Shown: positions 47,946-60,520, counted from the first letter of the stretch. The stretch is 64,000 nt of DNA from Nemertoderma westbladi (GCA_032718475.1 JAUCBJ010002827.1:1-64000), one strand, 5' to 3'. Program-made: numbers and translations. The notes: a model not told the origin generated them from the sequence alone.

Positions 47946-50252
47946 CTACCCGATTAGTACCGTTCCTCTCTTCTTTGCCCCTACGGTGCTTGTTGCCATC
48001 GTCTGTCCTTTGCCTTGACCGAACTTAATTGGCGTTTCTTTGCATTGGTTGGCTCTATGTCCACCCGTCACACATCGAGAACAAACTTCGTTCCTCCTCG
48101 CATATTCTGTCTGATCTTCTCTGGGTAGTGCTTGCCAATATCTGCAGTTCATTGTCTGATGAAGTGCGTTCGCGTGCAATTGGCATTTGTTGTTTGGGTT
48201 ATAGCCGTCCTTGTATAGTGCGCTGCGTATCGCACTTGGATTTGTACCTAAGTCCCTACTGTTTTTATTGCTTGGGTTCGGCCTACTGGGTGTGTTAGGG
48301 TTGTGTTTATTTGTGTTGTTATTTTTCCCCTGTCCACTCCATGGTGCAGCCTTACCCCCGGCTACATGTGGACTAGCAGTCCCCTGCGTCGCCGCGTATG
48401 GCAGCGATTGCCTGAGCTTTGGCAATGCGTTCGCCGTGTTATGTTCTGGTTTCGGCCTATTGTATTCGGTCTTTGGTCCCTTTCCCAGGCTATCCTCGCT
48501 ATAGACTGGGTCTGTTATGATTTCGGCTTCGTAGTTAAGGAAGCTCGACATTTCTTCTAGGCCCGGTTCCACACCCTTCCTCTCTCGAGTGGAGAAAGCG
48601 ATCTTCCTCCACTTGTTGCACAACCACATCGGCAGTGCCTGTGCTATCGTGGTGATGTTGTTGGATGCGTTAAGTTCGTATGGTGCGTCCAGCGTCTTTA
48701 GCACGATTAGCGCTTTCTCGACTTTGTTCGCAAATGTCTTTATGCTAATGGGATTATCCTGTAGGCCACCCGATGTTATACCTCTCAGGGTCTGCCGGAT
48801 GATCTTGGCCGGGTGCCTGTACTCCCTGTCTAGCGCCCGCCATGCTGTCGTGAAGCCACCCTCGATGCCCTGGTACTGCCTCACGATGTCGTATGCTGGG
48901 CCTCCTGTATACACCTGTAGATATTTTAGGCACTCCGCCTGCGTCAAGTTCTTCGTCAATATCTCATTGCTATACATGCGCCGAAACTGCAGGTATTCTT
49001 CCAGCCTACTTCCATCGAATTTAAACGGCTCCACGGGTGGTAACTCGATCCTGGTCTTTAATGCATCAATTAATGTAGCCATTCCCATCGCTTGTGCTTC
49101 CAATGGGTTCGATGGATGCTGTACAGATTCTCCTGTTGGGTGCGGTCCGTTCGTCCTATCTGCTGCCTTTCTATGGGTTGGATATATCATAGGGGGTAGC
49201 GGCCCCCTCCATATTTCGGTGTCGCATGATCTGTTCTCGTCCAGGGGGTTCGATGTTCTTATTCCTATTGGAGTATATTGTTGATATCGCGATGGGGGAA
49301 TGTCACCCTGTCCCCCCCCCACCGGTATGTTTGATACTGGGGTTGATGGTAATATATTGGGGCCCATGCACCTATCCGCAATAACTCTCCCCTCCCCTGG
49401 ATATATGTTATGTCCTTGCATGCTGTAGTCATACTGCTGTGCTGGTACCGGTATAGGCCTATCCACTTCTGGCCTACCTACAGGTATATACTCCGCGACT
49501 TCCGGGTTTAATCCCTTCGTCCGCGCTACCCTATCGCCTACATTATCTCTTCCAGCATGGCCTATAGTATGTGCAGTAAGGCCTACAGTGTGTCCTGCAG
49601 TCTGTATGTGTCGCTCGGGATCGGAGTTTAACCTTCTCGAATAATCCTCCCCGCGGCTACCGTATTCTCGATCAGCAGGTATATCCCGTCGGGAAGTTTC
49701 TCTTCGATCCCCTCTACTGCTCTCGTCCTCGTACCGGTACACCCTGTACCCCTCTCTCGGTGCGTAGTACGCCTCGTCAGGTCGCGTCTCCCCAGGACGA
49801 CGGCAATCTCCCGGAGTTCGACCCCACTGACTCTCCGTCTCCATCTCTACTACCGACGGCTCGCTATCCGTCCTCACTTTCCTGTCGTTCGCGACGACAA
49901 TTCTTCTACTCTCTTCCCTTCTTCTCTCTGCAGTGCAGTATCCCCGCTCATGAGATCTCTCGTCGACCTCCCGGTTAAACTCCACTGTTCTTCTTCCCTC
50001 TTCTGATTGGGCTCGACGTCTCGTCGCTCGCCCTCTCGCGACGTCAACCTGTCTCTTTCTGCTCGATCGCACGCCGCTGGGGATACTCGTAATCCCCCTA
50101 CTATTCTCCATCGCCGGGTGCTGCGGTTCACCTAATTCGCCCCGCGCATTATCCGCCGACGCCTGTGGGGCACTCCCTGCCCCCCCCCCCTCTCTCGCCG
50201 CTAATCCCTCGTTGTGGGGCTCCTGCAGCCCCCCCCCCCCCTCACTCGCCAC
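47946..50252 (-). CDS. gag: BEL/Pao Gag of element 3
   Basis: LPPVEPFKFDGSRLEEYLQF and LKYLQVYTGGPA, plus CQLHANALHQTMNC and CSRCVTGGHRANQC knuckles. Confidence 0.85.
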   Translation of the reverse strand: MASEGGGGLQEPHNEGLAAREGGGAGSAPQASADNARGELGEPQHPAMENSRGITSIPSGVRSSRKRQVDVARGRATRRRAQSEEGRRTVEFNREVDERSHERGYCTAERRREESRRIVVANDRKVRTDSEPSVVEMETESQWGRTPGDCRRPGETRPDEAYYAPREGYRVYRYEDESSRGDRRETSRRDIPADREYGSRGEDYSRRLNSDPERHIQTAGHTVGLTAHTIGHAGRDNVGDRVARTKGLNPEVAEYIPVGRPEVDRPIPVPAQQYDYSMQGHNIYPGEGRVIADRCMGPNILPSTPVSNIPVGGGQGDIPPSRYQQYTPIGIRTSNPLDENRSCDTEIWRGPLPPMIYPTHRKAADRTNGPHPTGESVQHPSNPLEAQAMGMATLIDALKTRIELPPVEPFKFDGSRLEEYLQFRRMYSNEILTKNLTQAECLKYLQVYTGGPAYDIVRQYQGIEGGFTTAWRALDREYRHPAKIIRQTLRGITSGGLQDNPISIKTFANKVEKALIVLKTLDAPYELNASNNITTIAQALPMWLCNKWRKIAFSTRERKGVEPGLEEMSSFLNYEAEIITDPVYSEDSLGKGPKTEYNRPKPEHNTANALPKLRQSLPYAATQGTASPHVAGGKAAPWSGQGKNNNTNKHNPNTPSRPNPSNKNSRDLGTNPSAIRSALYKDGYNPNNKCQLHANALHQTMNCRYWQALPREDQTEYARRNEVCSRCVTGGHRANQCKETPIKFGQGKGQTMATSTVGAKKRGTVLIG

Positions 50253-52021
50253 CTATCACTTCCCTACCTCTCACTTCGTCTCTACACCCCTCTCTAGTCG
50301 ACGCACTAACTCTACTGCGGCTGGGTCTATTCACCCCCGCCTCTCCCTCTACTACTGTGTGGCCTACCAGGCCCCCCTCGGGTTGACTCAACCCTGCCAC
50401 TCCCTGCATACTAACTACGTGGCCTACCAGGCCCCCATCGGGCTCTCTCACCCCCGCCGCCTCCTGCCTACTGATTACATGGCCTACCAGGCTCCCGTCG
50501 GGGTTTCTCACCCCCGCCACCTCCTCCCTACTGATTACGTGGCCTACCAGGCTCTCATTGGGGTTTCTCACCCCCGTTGCTTCCTGCCTACTAACTGCGT
50601 GGCCTACCAGGCTCTCATTTGACGGGCCATCCGCATCCGCCACATTTATATTAATAGCACCATTATCAACACTGTTTACCAAATTATTTAAATTATTTTG
50701 CACATCTAAACTAGAAACGGGATTATTTTGTTCGTTCGAATTAAGATTATTATTTAAATTATTTTGCGTAATTATATTATTTGAATTATTTTGTATATTC
50801 GGATCTAAATTATTACTTGAATTATTTGGGTTACTATGTACGTTTAAATTGTAATCGTTCGGATTTAAATTACTAGTATCGGGCAAAATTTTATTTCCTG
50901 CAACGAAAGTTTGATTAGGGTTATCCACTATGGTACTATTAATATTAATGTTTTCTACAGTATTATTATTATTACCCCCCCGCCGGTACGGTCACACCAG
51001 TCTTGGGTCTGTCGTCCGGTCCCTGTAAGTGGGGTATTAATAAATGTTTCCATAACTTCTGGCTCCTCGTAAACACTACCCGAGCCAGCCTCTCTCTCTG
51101 ACAGCCCCACCTGCGCCAGTTCTAGTCGGTGCTTCTGTTTCGCCTGATACTGCATAAGCCCCCTCAACCGGGCGTGCATGTCATCCCGCACACGCTTTCC
51201 CGTTCTCTCTCTCTCCCTGTCCTCTCGCATACTCTACTCGGCCAATTCCGCCTCTCTCGCAACTCTCTCAAGTCGTCTCGCCTCGTGCTCTTTTCACTCA
51301 CTCGCCCCTCTCGCCTCACGCTCTTTATGTTCATTCTCCTCTCTCGCCTCACGCTCTTTACGTTCATTCTCGTCTCTCGCCTCACGCTCTTTACGTTCAT
51401 TCTCCGCTCTCGCCTCACGCTCTTTACGTTCATTCTCCACTCTCGCCCCTCTCGCCTCTCTCGCCGCCTCACGCTCTTTACGTTCGCTCGCCTCTGCCGC
51501 TCTTCTTGCTCCTTCCTTTCCCTCATTCCTATTTCTTCACACTCCCTAAAGTTTCTCGCGACCCTCTTGGCCCTCTCTTTATTCTCTCTGGCCAGCTCTC
51601 TGTCTTTCTCTAGTAATGCACTCCCTTCTTCCAACTGCCTCTCTAATTCTCTCTGTTCCAGCGCCACCAGATCGAGCCAACACGCCAGATCTATTTCTAG
51701 CACCCGTCTTACTTTTGCGGAGGATGTAGCAGACTTGTCGGTCGCGACGGACTCCTACCGCCTTCCCGTCCTACTAACTTTCCCCCGCTTTCTGGAATTC
51801 TCGCCGACCGACGAGACCGAATCCTCGGGATTAACCTCGGATTCGCCCTCCTGCGGTCCCCTCCAACCCACTAACTTAATTCCCTGGGCATCGACTAAGT
51901 ATGGCCCTATGTACACTACACCAGGCTCCATAACCCTACGCCTACATTCCCACAGTTCGAACAGTTCGGTGGCGACCCCTCTCGCTCTCTCATTGGCTAG
52001 TTCTCCCTGCCCAAAGCGCAC
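50242..52021 (-). pseudogene. Probable long, repeat-rich N-terminal Gag extension (fragments 51755-52021, 51164-51703, 50955-51230, 50242-50928)
   Basis: Consecutive same-strand ORFs upstream of gag, containing 33-bp (MNVKSVRRERR) and 60-bp (SLVGHVISRQEAAGVRNPDG) in-frame repeats and an Asn-rich tract. The break to gag falls at a poly-C run. Confidence 0.55.
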
Positions 52022-52552
52022 TAAATAATCAAAATGTTTATTCTACTCACCTAGCCGCTTCTCTAACTTCACCTGGTCCATCTTCGCCCCTTCTTTGGCT
52101 TCCCTCAGCTGTTTTCTGGTTGGGTTGTAGGCTCGTCAGAGCCGATCGCTGATTCCGACGTCCTCGTCGCCGACATCCCCTCTTTCTCTCCGTGTTCGGC
52201 GTCGTACCGGCGGCCCCACCATCGCTGTTCCGGTGGGCCGTCCATTGCCCTCGGCCTGTGGCTGGCCGGCGACATCGGTACGTCGACCGCCGTCGTGCGT
52301 CGACTCGTCTCTCCTTTCCCCCGACTCACTCGTCCCTCCTTGTGGGAGACAGCCGCCCTACGCTTGGGCTACCGGATCGTTCGGGGTTGACGAGTCCGGC
52401 GTCCTGGGTCGATACTGTCGCGTTGCGGCCTCGTGGATCGTTTCGTTTGTATCATCCGGGGTCCGCGGCGGTGTTCTTTCTCCCTCTAGACTCATCTTTA
52501 ACTTCTTCTGGTGGCTGGCAGTCACAGTTTTGGGTAGCTGGTATTTTATTAC

Positions 52553-52829
52553 TGTGACGGGATCACAGGATCCCGACCGGTTTTAGTTTATTTACGCGTC
52601 CCCGCCGTGTGAGTGAAAATGAGTTTATTATCATTCCGATATTATTGGTGAATATAAAATATAGTTTGTGATTAAAGAACAGATAACACAGTTGATAGAT
52701 ATTGAGTGAATGGCAGACTGGATATATGAAATGGTTTGTGGCCTTACTACTCAGTCGATGCTTGCCCCCCATTGGCCAATAACCTAATTCTCGGCTCCCA
52801 CCTCTGTGGGAGTGTTTCCCCCTTGCTAC
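52553..52829 (-). promoter_or_regulatory. Probable 5' LTR of BEL element 3
   Basis: Minus strand starts GTAGCAAGGGG (terminal T absent), contains CCAAT, ATATAT and two AATAAA, and ends in hairpin GGGATCCTGTGATCCC followed by GTCACA. There is no second copy to confirm the boundaries. Confidence 0.5.
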
Positions 52830-55381
52830 CGACTGTACAAATTTAATTCGTGCTCTACATATTTTGGAATCTTGGGCTGATACTTGGCAATTGAAAGTTG
52901 CAGCTCATAAGTGCCATGTGCTTCAAATAGGAACTTACGGCCGAGATAATGGTGCTATTACTTACCAGTTGTGCGGTAGTATTTTGAAACTGAATGCATC
53001 GTGTAGGGACTTGGGAATTACCATGTGCAGTGACTTAAATTTTGACCTGTATTGTCGTGAACATGTTTCCAAGGCGTTCAAGATTGTAAATATTATTTTC
53101 AGATGCTTCTGTACAAATAATACTCGTGCCTTTCTCACTGCTTTTAAATCCTATGTACGACCTTATATTTCACCTCTGTTTGGTCGCCCTATCATGTTGG
53201 AGCAATTGATCTCCTTGAGCGGGTACAAAGATATTTTACGCGTCGACTGTGGAATTTGGAACATGTAGGGCAGTGGCGGAGATCTGTATTTGATAGTGGG
53301 GGGGACAGAAAGAGAATTAACTTTTTTACTAACTTGAATTTACAGGGAGTGGGGGGGGGGGGGGGGGGGGTGGGGGGAGGGTGGTGTGGTAGCGAATGAT
53401 CACAAATACAACTACTTCTCATTGTGATGTTTTCGCAGCCTAAAATTTAGTGAAAAGTTTAGGAATGGACATTGGACAATCCAAATTCTTTAAAAAAAAA
53501 GTCACCATGATAGCACTTTAGCGGCCAAATGGCCTATTTGCCAAAAAGGGTAGGCCTATACTTCTTGAACAATATCTGAATATTGCTGTTATTGAGTTCA
53601 AATTTGGTGAATCGGTTTATTTCATGGTTGCATCCAATGCTATCGAGCAATTATGGCAGAAATTTAGCTGTGGCCATTTTATAAACAAAAAGGCCCAAAA
53701 AAGGCCCGTTTTGGAGCCTTTTCGCTCTCAAATGGCCCCGTGAAGCATTTTTAGCTAAAATTGCTTGATAACCATAGAGACAAGCATATTTTGAAGCTCT
53801 GTTCCAAATTTCAACTAATTTCATTAACTGATTTCGAGAAATATAGTTTTTCGAGAAAAAAATACATTCTCTGCGATTTAATGGGTTTAATAAAGTAAAG
53901 AAAATGCAAAGTTTACCGTTAATTTAGATAATATCTTCTTTCTTTGTTCGACTATGACTTTGTCAAATAATTTTTTATCATTTCGTTTGAAATTCAACTA
54001 AATTTTTTATCATAGCTAAAAATATACTGTAAGATATACTGTATGCCTACAGCATGTATATATACAGTATATTGCAGCATTTATATGTAGCATATTTATA
54101 CAGTACAACCATTTGCCAATTTTATTAATTTATACCTGCACCTTGGGAGCCTTTTTGGTGAAAAGGGCCTTATTCGATTGAAATTATCGTCCTGCTCGAA
54201 GGCCTCTCAAAAAAAGACTAGCTCTTACATTTTGGCTAATAACTTGAGTTTGAGAAAAGATATTTGAGAAAGCTGCTTGCAAACTTGCGTTGAAAACATA
54301 TCCAAATACATTTACTATTTAAATGTGGTTAGAATGTCATTATTATACAAATAATACAGGTCTTTCATTTTTGGAGGTCCAATTTTACAATGCAAAATGT
54401 ATTGTATTTTTATGTAGGTATATACTGCGATAATTAATTTTAACCAATAATGGATCAATGGGTGGGTCTCATTGATGGACTGAATGAAAAACCTATCTTT
54501 ACTAATTATGGAGGGGATATTATCACCGATTCTAAAAAGTGGGGGGGGACAATGTCCCCCTCTCCCCCCCAGGATTTCCGCCACTGATGTAGGGTATTTA
54601 GATAGGATTAGGATATTAAAACTACAACCTCTCGAAGTGCGCCGTGTTATTTTTGACTTAAAAATGGCACATTCTATCGTTTACTTTACAGTAATATCGA
54701 ATATCGATTTGAACGATTTCTTCACTATTGCACCGAGAGCTGGACTTAGAGGTCACGAGCTTAAACTCTACCATAAACAGTCGAGGCTTCTAATGTGCAA
54801 GAATAATTTTGCCCACCGAGTAGTTTCAATTTGGAACTGGCTCATAGCGGAAACTGTCAATACTGAAAGTAAATTTTTATTTTCTAAAAAGCTTAAAGAC
54901 CTTGACCTGCTATCTTTTTTGTAAATTTAATTTGTAATTTAAAATGTAATTTAATTTTTTATTTTTTTGATTATTTTTGTGAATCATAACAATCAATTTT
55001 TATTGCGAATATTTTATTGCACATAGCCTACTGTTTAGTGTACCCTTGTATTTATTTTATTTTATATTTTCAGCACCGCTTCTGTCTATTCTACTGCACC
55101 GTTTAATGCTTTTTTATTTTGAATGTAAATATGACATCTTTATTTACTGCAACAAATTTTTTTTTTTATCAATTTTCAGAAATTCGTAGACTATGACATT
55201 GTTGCGTTAATTTTAATTTGTAGAATATATTTCTGTATTTTTGTGTAATTTTAGAGCCTGCTCGGGCAACCATAAGTGTTTAATTTTTAATAACCTGGCT
55301 GTTTTCTCTCCTCATGTACTTTTAATTTAATTTTTATATATACATAGAGTGATAATAATAAAAAAATAATAAATAAATAAA
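52830..55381 (+). mobile_element. CR1-clade LINE, 3' part (RT C-terminus, 3' UTR, AAAT-rich tail), split by a hAT MITE
   Basis: DCTNLIRALHILESWADTWQL, RDLGI, FKSYVRP, YLDRIRILKLQPLEVRR, LRGHELKL and FAHRVVSIWN; tail AATAATAAAAAAATAATAAATAAATAAA. Confidence 0.88.
53271..54586. mobile_element. hAT-superfamily non-autonomous element (1316 bp)
   Basis: TIRs CAGTGGCGGA / TCCGCCACTG; 8-bp TSD ATGTAGGG (53263-53270 / 54587-54594). Confidence 0.9.
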
Positions 55382-56412
55382 GCTACTATCAGTTGCCGAA
55401 ACGCGACAACACCGGTGGCAACTACTAGCCCTGCTACTAGCTATCATCCTATTCCTTCCTTCTGTAAGCTTCATCAATCTTATTTCACTCATAAGTGCAA
55501 TTTTACTCATAAAAGGATGGAAGAATTAAATTGAAAAATTGAAATTGAAATTGAATCGGCATAAGGTAAAGGGGAACTTTCCTTTCTTCTTTGATTTATT
55601 CTCATTGGCGGTTTGGTTAAATTTCTTATTTATTTATTTAAATTTCTTAAGTATCGATTTTGGGATAGAATTGCTCAATTTTAATCTGTATCTAATAACT
55701 GAGCCTCGCCTGCGCGATGGCCCCACGAAAATGTTGTTATTGTAAAAGCTGTCAAGTGTGTATAACTACTGTAATTTCACACATTTTATATTCGCCCGTG
55801 TATAAATTATTAACTTAATAAATCAATTCTAAATGATATAATTCGTAATTAATATTAGTTTTTAAACGTTCTTCAGTTCATTGTGCACACGTTTTACTGT
55901 TTTATGTGCTATTGAGGAACAAATTTTTTTGGTTGGTGTAAATTCAGTGTTGCTTGGCGCAAATTATTCTACGCCCGGCGCACCTCCGGCGTGCAATACA
56001 TAGGGGGACGTCTATTTACACCAAAAACACACAAAAACACACAAAAACTCACAAAAACACACAAAAACACACAAAAACTCACAAAAACACACAAAAACAT
56101 ACAAAAACACACAAAAACAGACAAAAACATACGGCATATATATGAAATGCCTGCAAAGGTAATTATCATTGCGGTTTGGGTTGTTGTCTGTTTGTATGCC
56201 TGTTTGTCTGTGTGGATGTAATTAATTGTAATCCAAAACGCAATAGTCAGATAGTTATTGCTGAAATACCTGTAGGCATACTCCAGTAGGGTCAGCCTAA
56301 TCACCCAACTACACCCAACTTTCACCCAACTACACCCAACTACACCCAACTTTCACCCAACTACCACCCAACTACACAACTACACCCAACTTTCACCAAC
56401 TACACCCAACTA

Positions 56413-57650
56413 CAGTCCCTATCTCATTCTGAATATTATTTCTCAAACTGGGTATCATTTCTCAAACCTTTTACTAATGATAGTCAACGGAGAATTTCAG
56501 TAGGTAAGACTGGGGTAAGAGTTGAGAAATCAGAAAGATGCAACCAGCTCAATCTAACTCAACTAGAGTCTGGCGCCGCCATGGTTTGAGTTAGGTTGAC
56601 TTCCAACGGTGCCATACTCAGCATTACTCTTCCTGTACGGGATGGATAATTACTCTGGTTGAGTGAGGCACCACATGGGGAAGGGGCCTCTGTCTGTTGC
56701 TTGGGCTCTTGAGTTAATGGGTTGAATTACATAAGCTGGGCAGGCCGGCAGGCTTGCTCATAAAAGACATGTCAATCACGCAATTCCTTTGTGGGCTTTA
56801 CTAAATGTATGTTGTTAACTAAACCACACTGGCTCGGTCTGTTTGTAGAGATAGTTTTAATTCTGGGAATATTGTTGTCGAAAATTGGTGCTCTGTTGTC
56901 TGTCTGTTTGATGTCAATTGGTCCCTTACAAGACATATCAGTTTAAAAATCTAATGGTTAATTAAGAATTATTAGTGCATATGGGACCTCGCAACACCCC
57001 CCTCCCATAAATATGGCCCTGTCTATAATTACAGAGGTTTCCTCTGGCCCCTTTGCCCGGTATAGCCACACCCGGACGTATTGCGAATAATTGTGTTGAC
57101 GATGTAATAGAGAATTAAACATTGGTAAAACATTAACGTTAAACATTAGAAACATTAGCGAAATATACGCGACATTAAAATAAATTTATAAAATTGGTTG
57201 GTTATATTATATGGTTATATTTTAATGTAAAATAACGTTAATATGTTATGAGTCATACATACTTAATAAATGTAATAAAAATTTATAAATCTTCAGTTTA
57301 ATAATTTTTTAGCATATAATTTTTTTATTCTGAAATTTAAAAATAAATAGAGTCACTGAGTCTGCAACTTAATTCTCACTGTCTACTGGAGTTAATTACA
57401 CACAAACAAATCAAGTTTAGGGAATGTTATAACAGCAGGAGACCATCAAACCCGTAGGCAGAGTATAACAGAAGCGAGTGGGCCATTAAACACAGACAGC
57501 TTGCTGTATGAATGCTACACAGTGCACAGTGGGTGGTTACGCGAGTTTGAGTTGGGTTTGAGTAAACCAGACAGGTTTGAGTTAGTAAGAGTGAGGTAAG
57601 AAAAAAGGTACCCAGTTTGAGAAACAGTATCTAGAATGAGTTAGGGACTG
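56413..57650. mobile_element. Tc1/mariner-type MITE
   Basis: TIRs CAGTCCCTATCTCATTCT...TTTCTCAAACTGGGTA / TACCCAGTTTGAGAAA...AGAATGAGTTAGGGACTG, with TA on both sides. Confidence 0.75.
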
Positions 57651-58644
57651 TATACCACCCATCTATGATCTACACCCAACTCTGCAAATACACCCAACTT
57701 CAACGTTCAACACAACAGCATCCAACTTACACCAAACTATACTGTATGGCACCTATCTTCCACAAATTACAATATGTACAGTAAACAAACTCTGAACTTC
57801 TTTGAGGAATTGCTGAGATATGAACTTTTAAAAGTTGCATGTACTCGTGCTGTATTTTGCCATCACTGCCCTGCAATTATGAAAATAACTAACTAACATT
57901 TTATTTTTATTGCAGGTTGATTCTAGAATAATTGATGAATTTAGCAATAAATATACAAAGGAGAGACACAGAGACTATTGACGGACGATCCAGATACCTA
58001 TAGATGTCTACACATACCACGCATCAAAACTCCAAACTAAGCTACAGTACAAACTAAACTGGCGCTGTGGGATTGCGGTGAAAATGAAAACGGTATTGAT
58101 ACACAGGAGGGTCACCGTCACAGCCTTAACGACGAAATCGCATTATTGGAAACTTCTGCTGTGGGAATAGCAATGCAGATAATTCGTACAAAGTTAATGG
58201 ACATAAGTTCTATATTATACAGTATGTTTAATGCAATTATAATAATGTAATTATCCTTTATGTATCATAGAATACAAGAAAAAAAACTGTAACATTATTT
58301 TCAGCTTCTTTATCTTAAACTTTATGGCCTTTATACTGTATTAATTAATTTTTAACGAAACAACAGAAATAAATTTAGAACTTTTTACATTTCTCATTAC
58401 ATTTTACATGTCTCAAGTTTACACTCCATTTGGCTCCCTGATCCAATCTTAATGGTTAGCAAATAAAGTACTTTCTGTATAATATAGGCGAATAATAAAT
58501 TTCTCATGGAACCAAAATAATAAACGAAAGATAAGATCAAATTAATATAAAGGCCACGAAGTTTAGAATAAAACTGTTGAAAATAAAGACTACTGTATGT
58601 TACAATCTTTCTTGTAATATGATACATAAAGGATAATTATAATA

Positions 58645-58772
58645 TTTTATTGTTAAATTTCTGAATTACTTAACGCTCGTCCTTGGACAAGCCGTAAATA
58701 CAGTAGATAGATGGATTATTTGCGGCTCGTCCATAGACGAGCGCTAAGTAATCAAGAAATTTAACAATAAAA
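58645..58772. repeat. 128-bp imperfect palindrome (hairpin/mini-MITE)
   Basis: TTTTATTGTTAAATTTCT..ATTACTTA.CGCTCGTC / GACGAGCG.TAAGTAAT..AGAAATTTAACAATAAAA. Confidence 0.8.
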
Positions 58773-59576
58773 CAACGTATTTTAGTGTATAATGTACTTT
58801 TATCTCACTTCGGTCCCTCGTTTCAATATTTCACTAACTCGAATATGATAATAACTCGAAATAAATTTTCCAGTATTTACTAATTATCATAGTGCGTTAA
58901 GGCTCGCCTTTACTACGTGGCTCGCATGTTCTCGCTGTTATGCCTCAGAACTAAACATTAGATATATTGTACTGTATGTCCTACTCATCTTCACATCCAA
59001 AAAAGCGACGTAGATTAGGATTTGTATGGTTTTTGGCAATTTTATAATTTGCTTTATAATTTTTTATTTTCAAAAATCCTGACCTGCGAGAAAGTGGTGA
59101 AAGGTAAGTGTAGTTGTGTGGAAGTGAGACAATGTTGAGTGTACTGTAGTTGGGTGGAGAATTGGGTGTAGTTGGGCGAAAGTTGGGTGTTGTTGGGGGT
59201 AGTTGGGTGAAAGTTGGGTGTAGTTGGGTGGAAGTGGAGTGTAGTTGGGTGAAAGTGAGTCAAAGTTGAGTGTAGTTGGTTGGAGAGTTTGGTGTTCTGT
59301 GGACGAGTCACGCAGTCAGGGCAAGCCTTAGCGCACAATTGCAATTAGTAAAAATAGGGCAAAATTTCATCTCCAGTCGGTCGATCTGTCCGCTTGTCTG
59401 TCTGTAATGAAAAATTCATTCGTAAGTAACTTTTGAAGATTTTCGCCAACTGATCCACATTAAAGCCCGATGAGAAACCCCACTTGGGATCCGACTATGT
59501 AGCAACATACCTAAAGTGTGTGACATATTATTCATTCACATGTGAGAATTTAGCTTGGAAACCTCAATGTTGATCA

Positions 59577-60000
59577 GATAGACTTTGCTGATGACTTAGG
59601 AGTACTCTCAGAATCATTAGAGGGAGCCCAACGGCTCCTCAGCTCATTAGAACATTCTGCTTCTAGTGTTGGTCCCATGAGCATAAGCTCAAAAGATGGT
59701 ATGCTTGAGCATGTGGACAACTTCTGTTACCTGGGATCATGGATCCGGAAGTCAGATGAGGACCTTCGAATACGTAAGGGAAAGGCATGGGCAGCCTTGA
59801 ATAGGCTTTCCAGGATTTGGAAGTCACCGAGAATTAATCGGAAACTCAAGGTCCGATTATTTAGAGCAGCAGTAGTTCCAGTACTCCTCTACGGGAGTCC
59901 ATGCTGGGCTCTAACTGCTGAGGACACCAAATCTCTGGATGGCACATTCACAAGAATGCTACGCCGGGTTCATTGTGTCAAGTACAATGCACACATTAGG
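59577..60000 (+). mobile_element. Internal RTE-LINE RT fragment between 22-bp direct repeats
   Basis: DFADDLGVLS, FCYLGSWI and LLYGSPCWAL; TTGGAAACCTCAATGTTGATCA at 59555-59576 and 60001-60022. Confidence 0.85.
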
Positions 60001-60321
60001 TTGGAAACCTCAATGTTGATCACATGAGGATTTTCGAATGGGTGGAATGTCTGAAAGATTAAAAAGATGTGTGATGAATTATTATTTCTACTACTGTAAG
60101 ATCTGTAATGTATAACGATCTTATCGATTCTCATACTGTAGAGATCTTGTCCATTCTGGCATCGCCTGTATGTGAAGTTCATAATAAGTTCCTTGCAGAA
60201 ATTCCCTTGACCTGTACAGATCTTACCAGATCCCCTTTTAGTTTATCAAAAATGTAAAATGTTCTAAAATTATTGCTGTTGTTTCGTTAAAAATTAATTA
60301 ATATAAAGGCCATAAAGTTCG

Positions 60322-60520
60322 CCCATGTGAATAATACCAGGATTTCACTTTTCGGTCGACATTTTATTGGAATTTTATGTATGAAGATTTTTTATTTTTT
60401 TTAATTTATCTTTTTGATACGTTTCGTTTTGATACGGCTAAATTTCGTTTATTGTTTTGGTTAGATTCAGCCCTTTTGTAACCTGTGATTTTAATGAAAA
60501 CCTGGGATTCTTCACATGGG
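60322..60520. mobile_element. Small MITE-like insertion
   Basis: CCCATGTGAATAATACCAGG / CCTGGGATTCTTCACATGGG inverted ends; interrupts one arm of the foldback element. Confidence 0.45.

Larger units (their letters stand above)
40610..52829 (-). mobile_element. BEL/Pao LTR retrotransposon 3 (degenerate, 3' LTR missing, with accessory exonuclease gene)
   Basis: gag, PR, RT, RNase H and IN remnants on the minus strand; LTR-like segment at ~52553-52829; inserted within the CR1 RT with loss of the intervening CR1 sequence. Confidence 0.88.
38352..55413. mobile_element. Mutator(MULE)-like non-autonomous DNA transposon (~1 kb of own sequence) containing nested insertions
   Basis: TIRs GGTTACGTCGCGTTTCGGCAACTG / CAGTTGCCGAAACGCGACAACACC; 9-bp TSD GGTGGCAAC (38343-38351 / 55414-55422); subterminal GTTTCGGCAAC repeats at 38360-38510, inverted at 39148-39285. 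Confidence 0.8.
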
